From a candidate division WOR-3 bacterium (GTDB taxonomy: Bacteria > Hydrothermota > UBA3073): a stretch of DNA of 51,508 nt. Both the position numbers and the translations under genes were made by a program. The stretch covers positions 1 through 51,508 of the forward strand of contig JAYENM010000169.1 in the NCBI GenBank assembly GCA_034722095.1, written 5' to 3'. The stretch's first letter is position 1, and each line of letters starts with the position of its first letter. The notes under the pieces were generated by a model. The model did not search any database. It was not told where the DNA came from and saw nothing but the letters and a program-made list of their open reading frames with translations. Below, piece after piece: positions 36,208 to 42,589 of the stretch.

Positions 36208-36597
36208 TTGGAGAGTGTTTATGAGGAAGCGTTGGCGTATGAATTTGAGTTGAGGGGAATAAATTTTGAAAGGCAAAAAGAGATTATGCTTGAGTATAAA
36301 GGGAAAAGCATAGGTCCGCATCGGATAGATTTTTTAATAGAAGAACAGGTGATATTAGAGATAAAGGCAACAGAGGGAATGAAGAAGATATTTGAGGCAC
36401 AGGTTTTAACATATATGAAAGCAATAAAGAAAAAAGTGGGACTACTTATAAATTTCAATGTAGAAAGGTTGAAAGACGGGATAAAAAGATTGGTCTTATC
36501 CGTGCGGATCCGTATGAATAAGAGGTCACAGAGGGGAGGGAAAAGAATCTTTTGTAATTCCTTAATACTGAACATTCTCTGTGTTCTCTGTGGTTAA
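36208..36597 (+). CDS. GxxExxY-family protein (PD-(D/E)XK-like), lacking a canonical start and with a repeat-encoded tail
   Basis: The family hallmark GPGLLESVYEEALAYEFELRGINFERQKEI...HRIDFLIEEQVILEIKA is present. Homology (KTEKIIACAIEVHSTL) extends upstream of the track's TTG start to about 36139. There is no ATG, GTG or TTG in frame after the stop at 36040-36042, only CTG. The last 30 or so codons are translated from the flanking repeat. Confidence 0.6.
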   Translation: MESVYEEALAYEFELRGINFERQKEIMLEYKGKSIGPHRIDFLIEEQVILEIKATEGMKKIFEAQVLTYMKAIKKKVGLLINFNVERLKDGIKRLVLSVRIRMNKRSQRGGKRIFCNSLILNILCVLCG

Positions 36598-36634
36598 ATT
36601 TTTGACAATACTTCATTTGTAACTGGGGGATATT

Positions 36635-36988
36635 ATGTATCAGGAAAATAAAATAGAAGCACTCCTCGCCCTTAAAGAAAGTGGAAGAATTGTGAAAATG
36701 CTGAAGTTCTATCTGAGGCCAAAGGCGGTTGAGGTCGGGAGCCGTTCAACAACATTTGAGCAAACCTTTGACAAAAGTAGTTATATGCTTACCCTGATGA
36801 CTGGGAAAGAAACACTTACCTTTGAACGACAGTTAGGACAAGGCACTCCATGGATATCCATAAGTTCACCCAAAGAAATGGCCCTTTCAGACAGAAAACT
36901 ACCCAATTTTCTGAATTCCATTATCTCTGAAGACGACATGAGAAAGCAGATACAAGAACACATAAACTCCTTTATGAAAGGGAGGTAA
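36635..36988 (+). CDS. hypothetical protein (117 aa), no recognisable motifs
   Basis: It is an intact ORF with a GGGGGA SD, in the same orientation as the downstream sensor gene. No family is recognised. Confidence 0.45.
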   Translation: MYQENKIEALLALKESGRIVKMLKFYLRPKAVEVGSRSTTFEQTFDKSSYMLTLMTGKETLTFERQLGQGTPWISISSPKEMALSDRKLPNFLNSIISEDDMRKQIQEHINSFMKGR

Positions 36989-37041
36989 CCAAGTCTATAC
37001 GGTATTGCTTTTATAAACTTATATATAACGAATGGGGTGAA

Positions 37042-38256
37042 ATGGAGAAAAATTTAAACATATCGGTTTCTTCCTTTTGTGAAGGAAAATCCGCAAAGAT
37101 ATTGACCAACATCAACGAGAGTAAGCACACAGAGGACGAGTTACATAAAGTTAACCGTGCACTTAAGCTCCTCAGTGAATGCACCCAGGCCGTGTTGCGT
37201 GCTGTGGAGGAATTGGAAGTGCTGGATGAGATATGCCATATCCCCGGTGAATGCAATCAGGCAGTGCTGTGTGCCGTGGAGGAATCGGAGCTACTGCATG
37301 AGGTATGCCGAACCATCGTGGAAGTCGGCGGATATCGAGTGGCATGGGTTAGTTCAACCGAAGAGGATAAAGATAAGACCGTGCGACCTGTGCTGTTGGC
37401 GGGATACGGGAAGGATTACCTTGACATAATAGACATCTCAAGGGTAGATACTGAAAGTGGTAGTGGTCCCACCCGCAGAGTTGCACTTCCTTTGATTGCT
37501 CACGGTCAGACCTTAGGTGTACTTAATATCTATGCCGCCGAGCCAGATGCCTTTGACCCACAAGAAGTGAGTCTGCTGACAGAACTGGCAAATTACCTGG
37601 CGTATGGCATCTCTTCCCTTAGAGATTGCTCTGAACTTAAGCAGGCTGAGGAGACACTGATAAAATCCCACCAGGTATACGAAAAACTCGTTAATACCAT
37701 TGATGGTATCGTATGGGAAGCAGATGCACAAACCCTCCAATTTTATTTTGTCAGCAAGCAAGCTGAACGACTTCTCGGCTATAGTACCCGATGTTGGCTT
37801 AAAGAAGCTGCATTCTTCGAGAACCATCTCCACCCGGATGATCGGGAACGGGTCATTGCCCTTTTGAAGAAAACAGCCGCAGAAAAGAAAACTCACGAGT
37901 TTGAATTCCGAATGTTAGCAGATGATGGACGCCCTGTGTGGCTAAGAAATACTTTCACCGTGTTTGTTAAGGACGATAAACCCATTAGGCTATGCGGAGT
38001 GATGATGAACATCACGGAACGCAAAAGGTTGAAAGAGATCATAAGAAAAGCCTATGAGCAGATAGAGCAACATATTGAGCAGTTTGCTATTTTAGTTGAG
38101 GGAACAAAAAATCCTCTGGCGGTAATAGATGGCTTAGCCAGATTAAAAGGCGATGAAACATCAAAAAAGATAAACAAGCAGGTTGAAAGGATCGAGAAAA
38201 TATTAAAACGGATTGATAGTGAATGCCTCGACACGAGAAGGTTAGAGATTTTTTGA
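37042..38256 (+). CDS. GAF-PAS sensor protein without a recognisable catalytic output domain
   Basis: GAF is marked by LLHEVCRTIVEVGGYRVAWVS...LPLIAHGQTLGVLNIYAAEPDAFDPQEVSLLTELANYLAYGI. PAS is marked by VNTIDGIVWEADAQTLQFYFVSKQAERLLGY...HPDDRERV...WLRNTFTVF...GVMMNITERKR. The C-terminal coiled coil has ILVEGTKNPLAVI where a HisKA H-box would sit, with no His, and there is no HATPase domain. Confidence 0.7.
   Translation: MEKNLNISVSSFCEGKSAKILTNINESKHTEDELHKVNRALKLLSECTQAVLRAVEELEVLDEICHIPGECNQAVLCAVEESELLHEVCRTIVEVGGYRVAWVSSTEEDKDKTVRPVLLAGYGKDYLDIIDISRVDTESGSGPTRRVALPLIAHGQTLGVLNIYAAEPDAFDPQEVSLLTELANYLAYGISSLRDCSELKQAEETLIKSHQVYEKLVNTIDGIVWEADAQTLQFYFVSKQAERLLGYSTRCWLKEAAFFENHLHPDDRERVIALLKKTAAEKKTHEFEFRMLADDGRPVWLRNTFTVFVKDDKPIRLCGVMMNITERKRLKEIIRKAYEQIEQHIEQFAILVEGTKNPLAVIDGLARLKGDETSKKINKQVERIEKILKRIDSECLDTRRLEIF
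37175..37309 (+). repeat. in-frame 72-nt tandem duplication inside the sensor gene
   Basis: GTGAATGCACCCAGGCCGTGTTGCGTGCTGTGGAGGAATTGGAAGTGCTGGATGAGATATGCC (from 37175) aligns with GTGAATGCAATCAGGCAGTGCTGTGTGCCGTGGAGGAATCGGAGCTACTGCATGAGGTATGCC (from 37247). In protein terms this is ECTQAVLRAVEELEVLDEIC / ECNQAVLCAVEESELLHEVC. Confidence 0.85.
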
Positions 38257-38281
38257 AGAAGCATCGGGAACGATAAATTAC

Positions 38282-38310
38282 TTGACAAGATGGGATTTTT
38301 GTATTACAAT
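38282..38310 (+). promoter_or_regulatory. consensus sigma70 promoter (TTGACA-N17-TACAAT)
   Basis: TTGACA is at 38282-38287, the spacer is 17 nt, and TACAAT is at 38305-38310. A duplicated copy lies at 48435-48463. Confidence 0.6.
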
Positions 38311-38376
38311 AATAGTAGTGATTTTTAAAATAGAAAACTTGCTTCTGATTTCGGGGTTAAAAGTCCGGAGAGGTAT

Positions 38377-38529
38377 ATGAAGGTTACCTTTTACCTTTCA
38401 AATATAAACAGGGAGTGTAATCTTTCCATACCCTCAATCTTTTTAATAGATAAGGTTGGGGGTATTTTTATTTTCTTTTCCACAGGATTCTTTGGATATA
38501 CGAGGTTTGTTTTACAATGCACGAAGTAA
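38377..38529 (+). CDS. candidate 50-codon micro-ORF in the conserved leader (MKVTFYLSNINRECNLSIPSIFLIDKVGGIFIFFSTGFFGYTRFVLQCTK)
   Basis: It is hand-translated and not in the track. GGAGAGG lies just upstream. A homologous 41-codon ORF sits in the same frame at 42392-42517, and the indels between the two are multiples of 3. Coding status is unproven. Confidence 0.3.
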   Translation: MKVTFYLSNINRECNLSIPSIFLIDKVGGIFIFFSTGFFGYTRFVLQCTK

Positions 38530-38711
38530 TAATTCCCAAACTTTTGGTAGTGTGAAAAAGATGTTAGACTTTTTTTCATATTTCCGTCCGAATAAGGATT
38601 TAGATCGTTTATTGGGGAAACTTTCAGAGGAGGTATAATTTGAAATGCGTTGAGGCGGTAGGAAATCGGCTATTTTTTATATTATCTTCAATTAAATAAA
38701 AAGGAGGCTGT

Positions 38712-39311
38712 ATGTCTGGAAAACCCCTTAAATTGATCGCCATATTTTTGTGTCTTTCGTCTCTTTCTTCTGTCCTTTCGGGATTCCCTCGGGTTGCTTT
38801 CGGGGGTCATTATGGAAATGTCTTCTTTAAGAATGGACTAGCAAATAAGGGAGACATTTTTCTTAAGCATTCGTTAAATAACAAATGGTCATGGTGTATC
38901 ACTCTTTTTGACTTCCATTCATATCAAACTTCACGAAGGAATAGCGATTACTATGAAGGAAATATCCTGGAGCCTGAAGAGCTTACCCTTTCTGTAGAGG
39001 AGGTGAGTCTTTATGTTGCTCCCATTTATACTTTTTGGGGAAGGCAAAATATTGAACTGTGTGTAGGTATTAATGGGGGGGTGCTTGTTATGCAAGAGAG
39101 GGGAGCATTGGGAGTATGTTATAATACAGCTGATCTTTACCCTACCGATATTTTTTTGCATACGGCGCCTTTTTTGGGAGCCAATATACGTGTTCCTAAC
39201 ACAACTCTTACCTTATCACTTTGTTATAAATTTCACCATAGCTTTGGATACTATAATCTAAATAATAATTATCTTTCCTTGGTTGGAGGAGTATCATTTG
39301 ATATATTTTAA
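38712..39311 (+). CDS. small outer-membrane beta-barrel-like protein (199 aa)
   Basis: It has a signal peptide (LIAIFLCLSSLSSVLSG), alternating hydrophobic strands and a C-terminal GGVSFDIF ending in Phe. An AAGGAGG SD is present. Confidence 0.45.
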   Translation: MSGKPLKLIAIFLCLSSLSSVLSGFPRVAFGGHYGNVFFKNGLANKGDIFLKHSLNNKWSWCITLFDFHSYQTSRRNSDYYEGNILEPEELTLSVEEVSLYVAPIYTFWGRQNIELCVGINGGVLVMQERGALGVCYNTADLYPTDIFLHTAPFLGANIRVPNTTLTLSLCYKFHHSFGYYNLNNNYLSLVGGVSFDIF

Positions 39312-39330
39312 ATTTTGATGGGAGGGTAAA

Positions 39331-40350
39331 ATGCGTAAGATGTCACACTGTCTTGGGATACTGGTTCTACTAGGAATTCTTGGGTGTCAGTACGAAGATA
39401 ATAAAGAACTCTCATTCTCACCCTATGGAATTGAGACTAACCTAAAAGACTTTTCAGAAAATAGGTGTTACGAAAATGTTAAAATGATTGCCAAGGGTAT
39501 AGCCCAATCTTTCTCCCAAATAGAAATGGCAATAGAAAGTGCTATAGAAAACTCTAGGGATAAGAGAGAGCATAAAGTAGAATTATCGGTTTTACTAAGC
39601 GAGTATGAAGACTCAGAAGGAAGGGCTATTACCATGATTCTGAGCGAGACAATGAGTGTAAAAGAATCTGATCTTTTTAGCTTGTTAGGGTCTATATATC
39701 CTGTGCCTTATATTTTCATACCCCAGGGGTGTAAGAAGTGGAGTAACGACGAACCTCCTGTGATAGCAGTTACTCCACCCTGCGACGATGAGGAAGTAGA
39801 AGGTATAATCGCTTATAGCACTGATGGTGTAGAATTGATACTTCCCAAAGAATCCTCTCCTGAATTTCCAGTCTTGGTTATCACAGCCGAACCACCTTTT
39901 GAAGAAAATGAAGATGAAGAAGAAAAAAGAGACGAAGTCAAGGGGGGTCCTTATAATACTTACTGTCATAAATTCATTCTTTATAAATTTGGGGATCCTT
40001 GGTGGGATTCAAAGCCAGAGATATATACTTTACTTCATTCGTATCATGGATCAGGCTACAGTGAGAAGAGAACCGATTTTCCAGGAGTGGACGAGAAGGG
40101 GAAGACCTATGTATTTGCATGGCCAGGAGAGTATATAGGATACTCTTCTACAGCCTCGGGATTTGTTGATTTGCAAGTATGGGATGATGACTCCTGGTGG
40201 GGAGAACCTTTTGGCAGAGACGATCTTATTCAACATATATACGGTAGTAGTATTAGGGACTTAATAAATTATCAAGGTCCTACAGGGCCTGCAGAAGGAT
40301 GGGTAGGGAGTACTTCGGGGGCGCGGTTATATTTAGTGATAGCCTATTGA
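39331..40350 (+). CDS. lipoprotein of unknown function (339 aa)
   Basis: It has the lipobox LLGILGC, an acidic linker EENEDEEEKRDE and a Trp-rich C-terminal domain (GDPWWDSKPEIY, WDDDSWWGEPFGRDD). No family is recognised. Confidence 0.55.
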   Translation: MRKMSHCLGILVLLGILGCQYEDNKELSFSPYGIETNLKDFSENRCYENVKMIAKGIAQSFSQIEMAIESAIENSRDKREHKVELSVLLSEYEDSEGRAITMILSETMSVKESDLFSLLGSIYPVPYIFIPQGCKKWSNDEPPVIAVTPPCDDEEVEGIIAYSTDGVELILPKESSPEFPVLVITAEPPFEENEDEEEKRDEVKGGPYNTYCHKFILYKFGDPWWDSKPEIYTLLHSYHGSGYSEKRTDFPGVDEKGKTYVFAWPGEYIGYSSTASGFVDLQVWDDDSWWGEPFGRDDLIQHIYGSSIRDLINYQGPTGPAEGWVGSTSGARLYLVIAY

Positions 40351-40493
40351 CCAAAGAACAGGATTTATCTATAGTTTTGGCGGGAGATTTGGGAAGGTCT
40401 TTTATTAACCCGGAAGGTTAAACCGGGGTATCCACTCTGGAATACCACGTCTCGCTTTTAATAAGCGCTAAATATTTTCCAAATTTGTTTTGA

Positions 40494-40643
40494 AAAAGGT
40501 TTAAAAAACTCGTAGATGGTGAAGTTAAGGCAGGTTATTATGATGTGAGGCTGGATGGCAGAAGTCTCCCATCAGGCATCTATTTCGCAAGGCTTAAAAC
40601 TGATAGTTATGAGGAGACGAAGAAGATAGTATTGATAAAATGA
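40494..40643 (+). pseudogene. orphan relic of a T9SS C-terminal sorting domain
   Basis: The open frame has no start codon: KRFKKLVDGEVKAGYYDVRLDGRSLPSGIYFARLKTDSYEETKKIVLIK*. It is colinear with the C25 gene tail KMLVDDRLEAGYHIIKLDSENLPSGIYFARLVTNNYEATKKLVLMK. Its stop overlaps the ATG of the next gene. Confidence 0.75.
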
Positions 40644-41608
40644 AGAGAATTCTTATAGGTCTCATAGTTATACTGCCCTGTGTGGTCTACTCATCCGATG
40701 ATGCGAGTTTTTTGATAGTAACCCCGGGGGGAAGAGCTGCGGGGCTATCATCGGCATTTATGGCAATCTCGGACGATATCTACGCATCTTACTACAATGA
40801 CGCCGGATTAGGATTCCAGAACGGCTTGTCTTTTGGTGGTACTGGTGGATGGTGCCCATATTCCCTTATTTTTGATGGAGAGGAAAGGTATGATTTCTGG
40901 GGAGTCTCCTTCCCTCTCACAATAATCGGCGGAAGAATAGGCATTAGCGCTATTTATAACCATAAAGATGGCGGCACAGATATCTCGCACAAGCTCTCCT
41001 ATGGGAGAAGGATTGGCAGAGACCTTTCCATTGGCCTTGGGGTGAGACTGCTTTCTATCAGTCCTATGTTCCCTATGTGGGATATAAGGATGGATAATTA
41101 CTATTCTGCGGTTGATATTTCAATGCTATATAGGAAAGAAAACTTAAGTATCGGTTGCGCCATCCAAAATATAGGACCTTCTATCACATACAGTTATACC
41201 TTATTTGAAGATACTACATTTGAAGGAAGATTTGAAGCACCTTTGCCCTCTCTTTTACGAATGGGTCTCGGTTATAAATCCCCAAATCTTGGAGACCACA
41301 GCATTCTGGGGACAGCGGACATCGTTAGAAATTTTACAGAGTCGATCAATGATGAGAATTTCTTCTATTTTTCTTTGGGGATTGAATACTCCTATAAAGA
41401 TTTCCTATTTCTTCGTGGTGGCTGCCTATTGGATATAAATAAAAATACAGAAAGGACTGGTTTTAGCTATGGTATAGGGATCAAATTGGAAGAAGGATTT
41501 TACATCGACTTAGGGGTTGAGCCAGAATATCCGCTCCAAACTAATAGGGTTAAACTCTCCTTCAGGGGGCAATATCCACCAAACTCATGGACACATACGA
41601 AAAGATAA
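40640..41608 (+). CDS. second, divergent PorV/PorQ-like outer-membrane beta-barrel protein
   Basis: After the signal peptide comes FLIVTPGGRAAGLSSAFMAISDDIYASYYNDAGLGF. This parallels the PorV/PorQ N-terminal motif seen in the 20037-21047 product. Confidence 0.5.
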   Translation: MKRILIGLIVILPCVVYSSDDASFLIVTPGGRAAGLSSAFMAISDDIYASYYNDAGLGFQNGLSFGGTGGWCPYSLIFDGEERYDFWGVSFPLTIIGGRIGISAIYNHKDGGTDISHKLSYGRRIGRDLSIGLGVRLLSISPMFPMWDIRMDNYYSAVDISMLYRKENLSIGCAIQNIGPSITYSYTLFEDTTFEGRFEAPLPSLLRMGLGYKSPNLGDHSILGTADIVRNFTESINDENFFYFSLGIEYSYKDFLFLRGGCLLDINKNTERTGFSYGIGIKLEEGFYIDLGVEPEYPLQTNRVKLSFRGQYPPNSWTHTKR

Positions 41609-42055
41609 AGAAATTGCCAATAATGAGGTAGAACTGAAATAAAATATTACCTCGCCTAGCTATCAGGATGTCTGTTGAATATGGGGACGGTTCTTTTTTT
41701 CTTGACACCTTGCATTTATGGTAGCACTATTGCATAGTGCTCCATTTATTGATAACATTTTGTTCTTATCTATGGATCTGATAGATTTATAGCTGATATG
41801 GAGAGAAAATACGAAGTCAAGAAATTCCCTGCCCCGTGGAGTTAGTTTTGCTACTCCACAGGGCAGGCCAAAGAAGATATGAAAAACAGTCCGAAAAAGA
41901 GAACCGTTCCCATTACAGTCCACACCCATTACCCATTACATTCAAAATAGGGGTAACTCCCCCAAGTGGAGCCTCTAAAACCTTTATGGACATTGGGCTT
42001 AGAAATATTAAACAGTCATAACTTGCGAAAATTTGATAAACCAGTAGTTTAAAAG

Positions 42056-42072
42056 TGTAAAATTTCTTTACA
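42056..42072. promoter_or_regulatory. variant enhancer palindrome A': TGTAAA-atttc-TTTACA
   Basis: The extended arms are AAGTGTAAA/TTTACACTT (42053-42075). Its relative position is the same as site A of the first module. Confidence 0.5.
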
Positions 42073-42175
42073 CTTTTCGGGGTGTTATGGCTAACCTTTC
42101 CTTCAAGGGGATTTCTCCCAAGTCCTTAAAAAATCAAAACTTGTAGAAATTCGACAAAATTGGCAGTCGGAGGAG

Positions 42176-42192
42176 TGTAAAGTTTCTTTACA
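42176..42192. promoter_or_regulatory. variant enhancer palindrome B': TGTAAA-gtttc-TTTACA
   Basis: It lies 120 nt after A', exactly as B lies after A in the first module. Confidence 0.55.
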
Positions 42193-42207
42193 CTTCCATC
42201 AAGAAAA

Positions 42208-42224
42208 TGTAAAGATTCTTTACC
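42208..42224. promoter_or_regulatory. variant enhancer palindrome C': TGTAAA-gattc-TTTACC
   Basis: It lies 32 nt after B' and 103 nt before the promoter. These are the same spacings as in the first module. Confidence 0.5.
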
Positions 42225-42310
42225 ATTTTTAGGTCGCCATGACTGCCCCCTTTAGAGGAATTTTTTTCAAATCCCTGTCAGTTCACGCATTACGTAGATT
42301 CTCATTCTTT

Positions 42311-42327
42311 CTGACACGCTTTTTGCT
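42311..42327 (+). promoter_or_regulatory. second sigma54-type promoter, CTGACACGCTTTTTGCT
   Basis: The 17-mer is identical to 35626-35642. Confidence 0.55.
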
Positions 42328-42391
42328 TTTATAATATAGTGAAAGGTTGATTTCTGATTATGGGAATAAGGGTCCGAGGGAAGTGTTTTAT

Positions 42392-42517
42392 ATGAAATGT
42401 GTCCCTTACTTCCAACACAGCGAAGAAGATAATACCTTTACGCCCTCAATCCTGTTAATACATATGACTGGGAGTATTTTTATTTTCTTCTATGCGGGGT
42501 TTACAAGGTACGTCTAG
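42392..42517 (+). CDS. candidate 41-codon micro-ORF in the conserved leader (MKCVPYFQHSEEDNTFTPSILLIHMTGSIFIFFYAGFTRYV)
   Basis: It is hand-translated and not in the track. It is homologous to 38377-38529, sharing PSI(F/L)LI...G(G/S)IFIFF. Coding status is unproven. Confidence 0.3.
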   Translation: MKCVPYFQHSEEDNTFTPSILLIHMTGSIFIFFYAGFTRYV

Positions 42518-42520
42518 AAT

Positions 42521-42550
42521 TGCCCTGCGTGTCTGGTGATGCGCAGGGCA
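42521..42550 (+). other. 9-bp GC-rich hairpin between the micro-ORF and the BNR gene (possible attenuator/terminator)
   Basis: TGCCCTGCG (42521-42529) pairs with CGCAGGGCA (42542-42550). It starts 4 nt after the micro-ORF stop and is followed by TGATGGGTTGTTTAT. Confidence 0.4.
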
Positions 42551-42589
42551 TGATGGGTTGTTTATGAAGTAGGCATCCTGGAGGTTTTT

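Noticed and set aside
36219-36575. 118-aa minus-strand ORF opposite the GxxExxY gene.
   Set aside because: The plus strand carries the diagnostic GxxExxY motif. The minus ORF is an AT-rich shadow.
38391-38638. Track ORFs 38456-38638 (+) and 38391-38579 (-) in the leader.
   Set aside because: Neither frame is preserved in the homologous leader at 42.4 kb. The only frame shared by both copies is the hand-called micro-ORF, and even that is uncertain.
41719-41734. Canonical-looking sigma54 promoter TGGTAGCACTATTGCA (GG and GC correctly spaced), preceded by TTGACA at 41702.
   Set aside because: No palindromic UAS lies upstream and no credible ORF follows; the track ORF 41836-42021 has no SD and odd composition. 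The motif overlaps an AGCACTA/TAGTGCT hairpin. It was left unannotated and would need TSS data.
41828-41867. Strong 14-bp hairpin (CCTGCCCCGTGGAG / CTCCACAGGGCAGG, one mismatch) and the 88-aa minus ORF 41663-41929.
   Set aside because: The hairpin has no T-tract on either strand and no recurrence in the window, so no function can be assigned. The ORF lacks an SD and looks spurious.
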